Source: Paragordius varius (taxonomy: Eukaryota > Animalia > Nematomorpha). Taken from it: a stretch of DNA of 64,000 bases. The position numbers and the translations under genes are program-made. Where the stretch lies: contig OZ176052.1 in assembly GCA_964247055.1 (NCBI GenBank), positions 8,618,001 to 8,682,000 on the forward strand, given 5' to 3'. Each line of letters starts with the position of its first letter. Positions within the stretch are counted from its first letter, which is position 1. This document shows positions 1 through 13,439 of this stretch, piece after piece. Below the pieces are notes generated by a model that did no database searches, was not told the DNA's origin, and saw only the letters and a list, made by a program, of their open reading frames with translations.

Positions 1-660
1 AAATATAATTTCAAAATCTTTTTTAAATTATATGATATAATACGTTTGTAAGGACGTTGCGGATTCTCCAAACACGTTTGATAAATCATCCGCATTATCA
101 TCATCTTCGTCCAAACCAGTTAGTCCATAAGTTTTGGACAAAGGTAATATGGCAAAAAAATGATTGTAAAATGACATAGCGACACATTTTTCAATCGGAT
201 CTCTAGCAACTTGCGGTAAATATATGTTCGAATAAAAGCCACTCTTATTTTTAAGAAAACTTATAAAACCTTAAAATCAGGTGTTTCAAAGTTATGCAAA
301 GATATGGTTTTAAGATTATAAACATTTGAGTCAAATACCAATATAGAAAACTAAATTTTAATGTTAGGTTTACTTTTGCATCTTTAAATCCAATAACCAA
401 CCCATATCTATCAATATCACACAAATATACAGAAGTGAAACAAACAATGTTGTCTAAGAATTCATATGAACCAATCTTGTTCAAAAAATATTCACCTTAT
501 AATAGAATTAAAATTAACTTTTGGAATCTATAATGTTATATATGGTTAGAATATTAGATCCTGATATAATTAAGTTTTTGTTAATTTTTGATGTGAAATG
601 TGCAAAAACACAATTTTCCACAATAGTGGGCTTATGGATGGATTTTACTACAGTATACAT
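1..660 (-). CDS. CPSF1: Cleavage and polyadenylation specificity factor 160 kDa subunit, 5' exons (gene continues off the window start)
   Basis: Exons 660-519, 495-374, 350-270, 243-44 splice to MYTVVKSIHKPTIVENCVFAHF...SGSNILTIY...GFKDAK|FSILVFDSNVYNLKTISLHNFE...LPQVARDPIEKCVAMSFY, matching the CPSF160 N-terminus (MYAVYKQAHPPT..FKDAK..LKTLSLHYFE..VRVDPDGRCAAM). GT-AG introns 496-518 (23 nt), 351-373 (23 nt), 244-269 (26 nt). Confidence 0.93.
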
Positions 661-1919
661 GCGGTTTTATTTCCCATATGTGCAACCTTTAAGAAAATTC
701 AAAGATTAATTCATCAAAACGCATACCAGAACACTTTATGATCCCAATAGATCCAATATTTATTTAAGCATTTAACGTCGCATTTTAGTTATTAAATTTA
801 ATTTTTATCTCTTTAATATAATTATTCTTGTCTATATTTGTCTGATATTCAAATATGGCACTTGGATAGTGTTTTTTTATAATGCTTTATCTCTGTTAAA
901 TTGCTTTATTAATTTTTTTGATTAAAAGGTGTATTTTTGGGTCATTTTTAGTTTTATATTGTGAGTTAACTAATTAGGGAATCATATAATAACTAAAGTT
1001 TTTTCTATGGCTGAATGTAGAAAATGAAAATTTTATCATATCTATGCTGTTAAACATTCGGATATATATTCAATATAAATAAGGTATCACACGGTTTAAG
1101 CCGCACCAAGGGTTTATTTTGGTTGGTATATAGTTGGGATTTTGCATTAAAGCGATACACTTTAAGAAGAATATTCAAGAAACAATATTAGATCAAATAC
1201 TTAAAACTAATGTGACCAGATAGGCTGTTTTTCGCAGTAGTACTGGATTTTCAGAAGAGAACTGTGACTGTACTGCGCCCACTTTTGTATTGCTTTTTGA
1301 AACTAAAAAAATTTAAATTTTTATAATATATGTTTGATTGTAGGAAACATTAAAATTTGGGCAACATATTTTGATTGTTGAAAAAATTATTTGATATATC
1401 AATTACCTTTTATTTATTGAAAATTTTTTTTAGAATTTGATATAGTACCCTCTGTAAAAATAACCCCATTGCAAAGAAATGGTATTTTGGGGTAAAACAA
1501 AGATTGGCCTATTTTTAATTGGTTAACACTTTATTTTCTGCTCGAATTATACATAAAATTGAATTTAGATCGATCAAACCTCTTATGATCGCAGCCCTTC
1601 GCGCAGTGGCGTAACTAGAAATCAGTTAATGGCGTTTTCACTCAGGGTTTCCGCAAAAAACGATGCCTTAAAATTTAAAATTAACAAAATTAATTTATGA
1701 TATTTTAATAAATGTTTGATTAAGTTTAAAAAGTTTATTTTTTGTTGTAATTATCCAACGGATAATTATGGAGAAAATTGTTATTCCCGTAACATATTAT
1801 TTAAAATTTATATATGGCATATAGTTTTGAAAAACCAAGAGTTTTTTACGTTATACTCATTAAGTGGGAGGTATGATACTTAATTTTTTTCCTAAACTTT
1901 AATTTTTAATAGTTTCTTT

Positions 1920-2745
1920 ATTTTTAAACAAATTTGAGATATTTTGTTGAAGCGTACTTCAAACTATTTTGAAGCATGATGTAAACGGTATAACACTTAT
2001 GTAAACGGTATAACACTTTAAGATATAATAAAACCCTTTTTCTAAATATTTCGATTAAGTTGAACATTACTATAGGTTGAGTTTTAATTTAAAGATTTGT
2101 TTGCTTGAAAATTTGGTAAATTTTTGTAAAAACACAATTTTTATTTAACATAAATAATAAAACAAAGGTAAAAATATTGGGTGAGATAAATGTTTATCAT
2201 TATCGAATTATATATATAAATGTAACATCTCAACCGTTTATATCGTTTCCATTGTGATCAAAATAGTATGAAGTACGCTTCAACAAAATTTTGATAAAAA
2301 TTAAATTTTGAAAGTATTAATTTTTTAAAAATATATTTAGTCGATATCAAAATATAGTACATATTTAAAATTATTGCACAATGTAGGAATTTTTGCGTTT
2401 ATTTTAAGAGAACACTCCATAAAAGAGCCAAAATATTAGGGACTTTCAGAGCCCGCATCTAAAAATTTAAAATTTTTAAAAATATTGTTTTGCTTTTTAA
2501 ATGTAGTTTACATATTATATTTAAATGATATGTTTTTTAATAAAGCATTTATTCACCAAAATATATATATTAAAACAAATTGCGCTCCTTTTGCAATTTT
2601 ATGCGAAGCACTTACCACAAAAGTGTAAATAACTTTCTTTATAACTCGTGAGGGTTAAAACCAAAAGCACCATGATAATTCTGATATTTTTCTATCAAAA
2701 TATATATATTTCGTCAGGATAATTTTTTGTGGAAACTGTGTAATA
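1920..2745. mobile_element. Long-TIR (foldback/Tc1-mariner-like) non-autonomous element, left arm truncated
   Basis: Inner inverted repeat attttgttgaagcgtacttca (1941) / tgaagtacgcttcaacaaaat (2269). The right arm (~2240-2745) is homologous to 7622-8160, 8770-9180 and 48700-49230. Terminus ...TTTTGTGGAAACTGTG-TA. Confidence 0.65.
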
Positions 2746-4780
2746 TACCACACCGATGGTGTAAAAACAGCCAAACTATGCTTTAGTTTTGTACTGAGTC
2801 AAAGTTCAAAATATCTGGTCACATTACTTAATACATTAGCAACGGCTAACACCTCTATCTGGGTGGAAAAACGGCATAAAGATAAAACTGATATCGTATT
2901 ATAAAAATAACTGACTATACAAACAAAAGCACATATGTTTATGACTAAATATTTTTTTATGAATAAGCCTCTTTTACAGAGCTGTGCGCTTTTATGGGCC
3001 GCCATAACTTAGTAAAAATGATTTGTAAATCAGGTTAAAAAAATAGTGGCCCATCTATGTTTGACGCAATAATTGAATCGTAATGCGAATGAATTTTAAT
3101 GGGGATATCCATGTTTGGAAACATTGCTTTAGCGTCATTTTATATACGGGCATAATAAAATTAGAGGGTACCTCAAGATTCAAAATAGGTGTGGTTGAAT
3201 TTGCACCTTTTAAAGGAATATACGGAGATGAAATCACATGTAATACGTTTTTTTTGAATTTCTAAATAATTTTAGAGGATGGTTTTTTGCCAAAAACGCT
3301 AATTTAACAGGGATGTAGCTGAATGTTAAAAAAGCACACTATGATAGGCGCTTTGATAAATAATATATTGATTATTGAGTCTGAATAATCGCTGCGGATT
3401 CGTTCAAAATAATTTTAACATGTTAAACTTTATTTTTCGACAAGGTGTGGCGCAACATACATAACTCATATAATCCAATTGCCCAAAAGCCAATAAATAT
3501 ATATTTTATAAATTTATGATACTTAAATATTTCATCTTACATATATTTATATAAAAAACCGGGCCATTAGGAGTCAAAATTTTAAAAAATATATTTGGTA
3601 ACTGCAACTTTTAAAATTAATAAAATGCCACTAATAATAATAAACATTTAAATGCAGGTGTTCTCTATCGATTGAATAATAAATCCATATGAAATGATAG
3701 GCGATAAATAATGGAATTTTTTTTCCGCATATACTCATTTTTTAGGGATATCCAGTAAAGCGCCTCAAATACCATAGAATGCGCTTTTTTGATCCAATAT
3801 AATAGTTTTATATATTTAATCAATCAATATGCAAGGGGTCCCCAACACAAATATTTTTGCGGGCTGCTTAATTTTTGGCCTTAATTTATTTTAATCCCAA
3901 TTTTGGATGATATATTTTCTAAATAACCGTTAATTAAATTAAAATCCAATTTTTTATTTTTTTAACATTTTTCATAGCTTTTTTGCATACCGAACAAAGG
4001 GGTATAAATTTGAAGGCTTCGTAGATTCCTGAGAATAATCCAATAATATATTACTTCTTTATGAAGTAGCTTCTTAATTTAAAAAACGGCTTCATAATGA
4101 TGGTTAATTCGAACCTCTTCAATTAAATATACTGCTTAAATTAAATTTAAAAAATTTATGTTGTTTGATTTAATTAATATTGAATACGAAATGTTTTAGG
4201 ATGCTAACAATATTTGTCAATTTAAGACTTAAGGCGCTAAAATTTGAATCTTCCAAACTTTCCTCGAAAACAAAACCAGAAAAATGTTTTTTAAATGAAA
4301 AACCTTAGTCTCGGTTTTTACTATTGTATTGAAACCGGTCATACACATCTAAATGAGAGTAATATAATAAAGTTTTTCATTGTACTTACAATTTTAACAG
4401 ATGGTTATATTGGCAAGAAACTGACGCAATATTTTATAATGCGCCATGCGGCCTTTAGAGTGATTGTTTAAATAAAGATTAGTAATTGTTTTAAAACAGT
4501 TGTAAAAATTAATGGGCGATTCTTATTTGAAGCGATTCCAAGACGCATTGATAAACAAGCAGTTTCTTAATGATTTAACTAACCAAGGTTCCTATTCCAG
4601 TTAAAAGCTTTAATAAAGTTATTACAAAAATTAAAACGCACACATATTTCAGATGATATATAGTAAGTATATAAATACAAATATAATTTTATTGTGCGCT
4701 TTGATTATAAAAATTCCCTGACATCTTAAATGTAATTTTCAATATCAATTGATACGATAACAAATTTTTCGTTTGCTAAT

Positions 4781-6882
4781 TCATGAAGTAGTTATTAACG
4801 GTTCATTTTGATAATGACTTGCGTTGCCTGAACGTCCCTCCACTATCTCAGCAGGGGTATCACATTCTTTAGTATGGTATTCTAATCCTTGCCAAGTAAG
4901 ATGACTCAAATAATCAGCTAAAATTATATGATAAAAATGATAGATAAATAATATCCCTTCATTGCATTATGAAAATAATATAAAATTCTTACAACTGGTA
5001 ATAAGTGCAGCATTCATAGACTGTCTTGTAGTTACTATAAAAAAAATATAATCATTTGTTAAAAATATCAAAAAATATACGTAATTATAAAACACATAAT
5101 ATATTTACGGTGAATATGAAATGTTTAGGATAGAGGTTTAAATGGTATAACTGTTGGTATTTTATTAATCAACACCGTTAGGCCATGAAATTGTATTATA
5201 TATAAATCTAACTTATAATTTGTAAACATAAGTTAATTTTAATTTATGTTACCAGCCAAATTTTGTTACAATTACAGTAAAATTTTTAAGCTGTTTGGCT
5301 CAAATTAATCGGTTAGCTAGCATATCAAAAACATATTATGGACCGATTCCCAAACAAAATGGGAAGTTATATTTGTATCATGCATGCATCATTACATATA
5401 TAATATAAAACATATAACTATTACTTTGTTTTTCTGAATCACTCTCTTCAAATTTCTCCAGCGAATCTGATTCTTGGCCAAAATCAATTGACAACTTTGT
5501 AAAATCTAACGTGAAATTTTGGCTATAATTTATATCGGTTTGACATGCGACAATCAATTCCCACACAGTTAAAATGGGTTTGTTGAATGTTTTAAGCGTA
5601 CTTACATCCAAGATAAGGCTTTGTGGACATGCAATGAGAACATAGGCATCAATTTCCCCATAATTACCCAATTTGTATGGATTTATTTTTCCAAACACAA
5701 ACAAATATGATTTTTTACCAGCCATCTCAATGAGTCTTTTAACCCTGTTAAATTTGTAATAGCGTCATGCATAATTTTTAAAAATAAGATATAAACTTTG
5801 ACAAATTCATAAATATATGTAATTTTTTGATTGTAAAGTAAAAAACCAAACATTTTATACAGAAATTTTTGTACAATTATATATACCGGGAAATCGTGTC
5901 CGTTATTCTAGCGTCATATAAGGTTGATACAATTATACCTATGATTTTAGATTGTTTGGCCTTTTCTATGTAATGATATCGTTTTGCCAATAATTTTGAC
6001 ATTTTTGTTGTAACTTCCATAGGATTAGCATTAATATTATCACTATTAAAAGTGCATATTCTGTCTATTTTAAGAGGATTAGACAAGCGTGATTCAGATT
6101 TGATATCGAAATATAATTGAGTAAATGCAAGACTATCATTATCGCCCAAATAAATGAGTAAATTATAATTTTTATCACCATTAATGGATATATCAGTGGA
6201 CTTATAATAAAAGTTATTTTGAATTTGTATGAAATCCTTGTCGTTGGTTTCATTTGATGAACACGGATATTGTAAAAAGGAATAAGATTTAGTGGGTAAT
6301 TTTGGATGAGTAATTAATATTTTAATGATCAGATCCTTAAATTCTTCTGCCAATATATTTTCAATATATGATTTATATTCCTTATAAATGATATCTATAT
6401 TTAACTAATATATACCTTTATAAAAGCAGAGATCATAGGTTAATACAATATTTAAATGTTTTATATCCGATAATGTAATTTGGTTAATTTGATGTTTAAG
6501 GAATATAATCAAATTTTTAATGTTCAACGTTGTGTAAGGATTAAATGTATAAAAGACGGGAATTTGATTGTAGGGATTGAAAAAACACGGAATTCCAAAA
6601 TAAACTATCGCATCACATTGTATGTGACTTGCAGTTAAAAAATCGATGCAACAACTATGATAAAAAAATTTTTTACCTTCCCAGTGTAGTATCAGATAAA
6701 ATAAACATTTCTTTATCATAATCTTTTTTGATTAAATTCACAATATCCACAGCATGTTTTAATAAGTTATCCGGTAATTGAATACCAACCTAATGTTATA
6801 ATTATATTACTTTTCTGAATTCATTGGAAAAAATCCATTGACGAATTTCTTCAGATTCTCTTGGATCAAGTATGCAATTCAT
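4781..6882 (-). CDS. DPH2: 2-(3-amino-3-carboxypropyl)histidine synthase subunit 2 (diphthamide biosynthesis)
   Basis: Spliced product has VGIQLPDNLL, FILSDTTLGSCCID..ASHIQCD.IVYFG..C, KIIGIIVSTL, KKSYLFVFGKINPYKLGNYGEIDAYVLIACP and C-terminal TWQGLE...VEGRSGNASHY, all DPH2-type motifs. Introns 6790-6810 (21), 6655-6676 (22), 6395-6415 (21), 5745-5886 (142), ~5035-5420, 4918-4992 (75). Stop TGA at 4781. Confidence 0.92.
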
Positions 6883-7239
6883 AACATGGATAAAGCATGT
6901 GACAAAATATATTTTTTGCGTTTAACCCTCAGAAAGTAATTGGGATATTCATTATCTTGAAGATATCGGTATTTGATTAATAAATGTGCATTTAAATCTT
7001 TGGGGCAGATTTTTACATAATTTTAAATAAAATAAAAAAATCATGATTTAGGACTTGGTTATATTTTTTGCAGATAACCCAAACGTTAAAGTTGCAAATG
7101 TTTTTTATAGATAGTTGTTGGTTTTGTTAATAATTGTAACATTTTATTTTACATAATTTGTAGGTAATTATGATCAATTTCACAATATTTACAAAAAATA
7201 TCCTGATTTTTTTTCTGATATGGAAATGTATGAGAATTA

Positions 7240-7610
7240 GTACGTTACTTTTGGGATTTAAAAAAAGTTGACACTTTTGTGGTAAGTGTCCATAATAGAA
7301 AATTGGAATTTGCGTACATTTTTCAAATAAATTTTTTTGGTTAAACCGAAAAACATTCCAAAAAATATTACTAAAATATATTAAAACCTAATGAAAACCA
7401 AAACTATATTAAATTTTAATTTTAAATGTGGTCTTTAAAATCTTCTAAAATAAGCCTCTTAATATAAACACAAAACTGAGATTTCACGTCTGTCCTAGAT
7501 TATGGCACCAAATAAATATTTATAATATGCATACTTTGCTCACAATTTCATTTTTTGCACAATTTTGTTGAAGCTTACTTCATAATATTTTTAGGCATTA
7601 TGATGGAAAG
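7240..7610. mobile_element. Partial arm of the long-TIR element family
   Basis: Contains cacttttgtggtaagtgtcc and ttttgttgaagcttacttcata, the same motifs as the other arms, in tandem with the 7622 arm. Confidence 0.55.
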
Positions 7611-7621
7611 GGTTTTTCCAA

Positions 7622-9180
7622 CACAATGTTCGCACAAAAATAACCTACTATTCTAACAGGAAAATGCATCAGGATTAATATGGTGATTTTGGTGTTGGCC
7701 TTTAAGAGTGACATTTAGGAATTCTTTACATTTTTGTGGTAGGTGCTCTATATGCGAAAATGGCAAAATTTTCGCACAGTTTTTAAATAATAGCTAAATG
7801 CTGCATTTCAAAATATATCATTAAAATAATATCATAAACTACATAAAAATAGCAAAACATAAATTTTTATTAAAAAAAATGATTTGTAGATGTGGGCTGT
7901 GAAAGTCCCAAATATTTTGCTCTTCTAAAACGAGCTGGTTCTCTTAAAAACGCTAAAATACCGAGATTGTGTGATAAACGTTTTAAATATGCTAAATTAT
8001 ATATCAGCTAAAAATATTTTTATAAAATGCATACATTCAAAAATTTATTTTCAACGAAATTTATATGAAGACTTCATACTTGTTTTAGGCATGATGGAAA
8101 CTATATAAAAATGCGCTAAGATATTATAAAAACACTTTTTCTAAATAATTTATGATACTGAACATTTCTATTACATCAGAATGGTTGAAATGTTCGTTCG
8201 TGTTGTTATTACTCCATCTTTTGGAATAGGCATGATGTAGACTGTATAAGCTATAAGATATTATACGAATACTTTTTACATAATTCTATGATGCTGAATA
8301 TTTCTATTGCTTAGAATAATTGAAATATAAATTCATGTTGAAATTTATGTTACCACTCCATTAACTTTTAGAGTATTTTTATATCCCAGAGCAATTTGAA
8401 ATTCAAAATCTTATAAAATATTTAATGTATTGAGCCAAATTTAAAAATGAGCTTTTTTTAGTCAAAAATGTTTAGAGCGCAAAGTTATGATAAATCTACC
8501 ACCTCAAAATTTTAATTGATGTTCTTTCGACTTAATATTTATTTTAAATTTGATTGTTTTTTTTGACAATAATTTATCAGAAATTAAAATCAAACGAACC
8601 TTTTATTTAAAATTCCGAAATGATAGAAATGTTCAGCAAAATCGAACTTTGTGGAAAATGTGTTTTTATTATATCTTAAAACATTTTATACAATTACCAC
8701 TATGCTTCAAAATACCATGAACCTCGCTTTATCAAAATTCTACTATAAATTAAATTTTTAGGCAAATTATTCCTTTTGTCGGTAAAATCTTTTTTTAATA
8801 TCAGAATTTAGCATATACGTAAAAGTTGTATCGCCCCGGCCCTTTGGCCTTTATTTTAAGAGAACTTGCCTATTTTAGCGGGCTCAGAAATTTAGGACTG
8901 TCGGAGCCTAAATTTAAAAATTAAAATGATAAATATTGTGTTAATATGCAGTTCATGATATATTTTAGCGATATGTTTGAAATGAAACATATAGTTTTCA
9001 CAAAAAAAATATTTGGCATCCCAAATTTCACCATTTTATGATATGGACACTTACCAAAAAAGCGCAATATCTTTTTTAAATCCGTAATGGCCAAAACCAA
9101 AAGTCCATGATAACACTGATTTATTTTCTATCAAAATATATATATATTTAATCAGGATATATTTTTGTGGACACTGATAT
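7622..9180. mobile_element. Long-TIR palindromic non-autonomous element (arms ~7622-8160 and ~8770-9180)
   Basis: The two arms are diverged reverse complements (tagatgtgggctgtgaaagtccc vs ggactgtcggagcctaaat; atcaggattaatatggtg vs ccatgataacactgat). Right end ...ttttgtggacactg. No transposase ORF. Confidence 0.65.
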
Positions 9181-9364
9181 AATATAGGTATTTTTATTCC
9201 AGCTTTCTAAAAGGCATCAAGTTATTATAAATATAATATACTTTTAATTATAAAAAAATTTTGATTTAAAAAATCCTATTTTCAACGAAAATAGTAATAA
9301 TTTTAATAATAACAAAATCCAACATTTTTAATTATAAGGTAAGATGAACACAAATAATTATTAT

Positions 9365-9724
9365 TTCAATTTCACCCTTAAACAATTCAAATTCACCCTT
9401 GAACAATTCAAATTCACCCTTGAACAATTCAAATTCACCTTCAAATAAAATATATGTTTTTTCAGATTAAAAATTACCTATTTTTATATATTTTTCAAAA
9501 ATAATTTTGTTTTAAATTAAAATAATACTGAATAAATAATAAACTATACCACAAACATATATTTCATATTAATAATGAGTTATATTAGTTTGAAAACACA
9601 TAATTTATTTTTAGGGTGAATTTGAATTGTTCAAAGGTGAATTTGATTTGTTTAAGGGTGAATTTGAATTGTTTGAGGGGGAATTCGAATTGTTCAAGGG
9701 TGAATTTGAACTGTAAATGGTATA
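9365..9724. mobile_element. MITE with 21-bp subterminal tandem arrays
   Basis: Arrays of (ttcaaattcacccttgaacaa)n on the left and their reverse complement on the right; end ...gaactgtaaatggTA. Same family as 10236-10550 and 29684-29934. Confidence 0.8.
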
Positions 9725-10235
9725 TTTGGCTGTACAACCACTGTAGTTTATTATCAGACTCAAAGCCGTCAGTTGCATGCATTATTACCCAATTAGTACC
9801 CTTTTTGGAACAGCAGAGTTCAAAAAGTTGAGATAGTTTCCTATGTGATTTAAAATTAGGCGCCTATATATAGGTTTAAAGAAGATATAAATATGTATAC
9901 ATATATATATATATATATAGCAGTGTTACACCTAAAAATTCGGCTTCTTAATATTTTATATGGTCGATAGGGCTAAAATCTATATCAATGCCGAGACTTT
10001 GCTGTTATATAAATCTATTAAATTAAGCATCACATTATATAAAATAGTGATCTATTGTTTCTTCATATTGGCACTAAATTGATACATAATATTGTGTTGT
10101 GTGCCATAATACGTACCACTAACTAACCTTACATGGTAAAATGTTGCAAAATCTATGCTATAAACTCAGTTTAAGGACCATGTGCGGTTCAGAGCCTCGG
10201 ATTGAATGCCATTAATTCACCATTTTTATTTAACA

Positions 10236-10550
10236 CTCACCCTTAAACAATTCTAATTCTCCCTTCAACAATTCAAATTCACCCTATAAAATCAATTAAG
10301 TATTTTCGAACTAACATAACTAATTAATTCGTTATTAAAATATATCTTTATGGCATCCTATATTATTTTTTCAGGATTGTTTTAATTTTAAAAATTTTTT
10401 TTATTAAAATATATTAAAATATAGGTAATTTTTAATTTAAAAAGACACATAATTTATTTGAGGGTGAATTTGAATGGTTTAAAGGTGAATTTGAATTGTT
10501 TAAGGTGAATTTAAATTGTTTAAGGGTGATTTGAATTGTAAATGGTATAT
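10236..10550. mobile_element. MITE with 21-bp subterminal tandem arrays
   Basis: Same TIR arrays and core; core in opposite orientation to the 9365 copy; ends tgtaaatggTATA. Confidence 0.8.
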
Positions 10551-11129
10551 ATAGTGTGGCTCATTTTATTCTATTACGAGAAATTGATTGTGGATGCTAT
10601 AGTTGGTTTTATTAAATTAATGTTTTCAGAATTATTTAAAAATACTAAAAAAATTTTAAAGGTAAAAAATATAGGAAAGCATAACCTGATTTATCGTATT
10701 TCCCCTTTTTATGAGACACCAATATATATAGTTTATGAATAAGGTTAATGTTCTTAATATATAGAAAAAAATCTACATAAATAATTATGTCTGTGGTTAA
10801 AAGTAGATATTCATAAAACATCAACATTGCAATTCCATTTCATGGATACGGGAAAAATGTTATTATATGATTACTTTTTTAAAAAAATGATATTTATTGT
10901 GATGGGAAACCAGAAGTTATCATACAAGAATATTATGATAATATTTTTAACAATAAATTTAATTTTTAAAATTAAAAACATATGAGAGTCACTTATTTTG
11001 GTGGGAGAACTGAAACCGGGTCGTATACTGGGCAGTTAGAACCGAAATAGGGAGGTTTACTGAGAATTAAAACTGGATTACTTGAAGTAAAACCGAAACC
11101 GGTTGCTTCTAAAATCCGTGATCAAAAGT

Positions 11130-12070
11130 ATTTCTCAATTGGTTCAAATATACAAGGAATTCGTGAATTAGCCAATACACAGGCGGAGTTCCGAAAGAAT
11201 ATGGATGTATAGATATGATTTGCAACATCCATGAATAATTGAATAACAACCATTTCAAAAGAAAATCCACTTTTGAATTATCGATTTTGCAAAGGCGTTG
11301 ACAATATCAGCCACGCCTTGCACTGGAAAAAACGAATTCAGATGGGATTCATCACATAATCAAAATTATACATTTATTCCAACTTTACACTGAATATATC
11401 CTATCACGACTTTTGGATACCACTGAAGAAATGATTGTGCCAAAGTTGCATTCAATCACCAACACCATTTAAACCTTGTATAGAAATTAGAATACAAAAC
11501 ATAAAAAGATTAACGTAAAAATTGCTAGACTCACAATCGCATCCTTCCACTATGCGGATGATACAAACTGGCTAATTCTCTAATTTATATCAACTTGAAA
11601 GCTTATTAAAAGATTTTACGTTTGAATTCGCCTAATTTGATTCCTCAATCAATTTAAAAAAACAAAACATAAAAAACCAAATATTCAGTGAGTTTACGAA
11701 TATATATTGGAATTTTCAATAATAATAATTATAATAATAATAATACTTAGATATCAAGAGGCGACGAATTGTGATGCGTAAAACCAATATGACAAAATAT
11801 TATAAAATATGAAGTCTAATGTGTGATAAAGGCTTTTAAACTATGGTGTGGAGGAAAGATTTAAAAATAACACAAATAAACAAATTTAAACACTCCTACT
11901 TCTGGAAAAATAGAACCCATAATAGCTCAAACCGGTCATATCAATAAAAATTAATATATTAGGACACACGTTTAGAGCACAAAATTTGGAATATATTTAA
12001 TCAGAGTCAAAGTAGAATAAAAAAGAAAGCGCCATCGCTGTAAATGGGCTGGATACAAATTTTTCATGTA
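11130..12070 (+). mobile_element. Decayed non-LTR retrotransposon (RTE-like) RT and C-terminal region
   Basis: Broken frames give QAEFRK (~11180), IDFAKA.DNISH (~11280), FHYADD (~11545), (M)WCWRKILKI (~11843) and KWAGY (~12042). Confidence 0.7.
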
Positions 12071-13439
12071 CCTTAATTACAACAGGGTAAATTGGTGTAT
12101 ATTTACTCACCTAAAAGCTATAAACCGACAATGATTTTAGCTCTATTTATACATATCTAAAAACTTGAACATAATCACTTTAAACTTTAATTTAAATAAA
12201 TGAGTCGAATCTCTCACATTTTCGAACTCCGATTTATTCAGAAAATTTGTTAAAAAAATCAATTTCATTTAGTTTTTGTTTTGTATATGAAATTTCTTGA
12301 GGGCTGCAAAAATAATATTTTTCAAAAAACTTAATTTTGAAGCTCGAATAATAGCACTATGAATATTTACTATGAAACAATTATTCTTCATAATACAATG
12401 ATGTTGAATGTATCTATAAAGTAATTTATAAATGTTTTTATTTGCACGATTAATATTTCATTGTTTTTTGCGAAAAAGTTGTCAATAAATAAATTAGTAA
12501 TATCATTTATAATAAAATAGCTTATCATATTCTATCTAGAAAAAAGGGTATATCTATGATATACAAGATCTCGGCTAAACAACAAATAAGGATATTTTAT
12601 AAACTAAAATAGGGTTGGCTTATGAATGCTCTGATCGTACCTACCCGCTAAACCAGTAAAATTGAACAGATTTTTATTACGTGAAATTAAAGGTACATAA
12701 ATAATATAAAACTTTAATCTATAACGTTTTTAATCCATAAAATTTGATTGTTATTTTCTTCCAAATATATTAGGAATTTGTTGTAATTAATTATCATGAG
12801 CAGCTCTGGTGGTTTTTATTTTTCTTCACGCCTTAGCTGTAAAAATAAAATATTTATAGTCACTAAAGTTTAATCTTACGAGGATGAATGGCATATTATT
12901 AAAACGAATGGAATAAAGTTTAGACACCGCTTATGCATCCTGCAGCAACAAATTATACTTATAATAAAAAAAGCATCAGTTTAAGTCTTTTCCAATTTGG
13001 TTAAGATTAAAATATAAAAAACCGCGCCGATTGTATAAAATTTCCAACCACACCTAAGTGAACCAAACCGTGGGGGCCCTATAAATAAAGTCCAAGTGTA
13101 ATTATAGAAAGTTTTTTTATTTTTTTGTTAAAATATTTACAATCTGAGAACATTTCGACACGGTGAAACTAATTGGACAATTAGCGGAACTATATTATGA
13201 TATAGATCAAATGATATAAAACAGACTATAATTGAACAATTATTAACATCATATTTTTGATTTTAATTAAAAATTAGAGGTTTTAAATTTACTTCTGCCC
13301 TATAAAACATTGTTTATCACGTATTTATAATGATCAAAGGTTCCGATTGCCGAAATACATTTTCGATTAAAATATTACAACGTATAAATTTATATTTTGC
13401 AAACACCAAAACAATCAATAAGATAATTTATTTGACTAA

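Noticed and set aside
244-518. Alternative genetic code (stop readthrough) to explain broken ORFs
   Set aside because: Each interruption is bounded by GT/GC...AG, and removing it restores both frame and alignment. TAA, TAG and TGA all serve as true terminators in the ten genes.
3055-3265. Overlapping 60-aa ORFs on both strands
   Set aside because: No recognisable motif or splice partners.
4480-4620. Possible Tc1 transposase C-terminal relic on the minus strand
   Set aside because: Only a vague SMR...NK resemblance across frameshifts; too weak to call.
9365-9831. CRISPR-like array, and ORFs 9585-9782 / 9616-9831
   Set aside because: The repeats are contiguous 21-mers with no unique spacers and form MITE ends; the ORFs are translations of the repeat.
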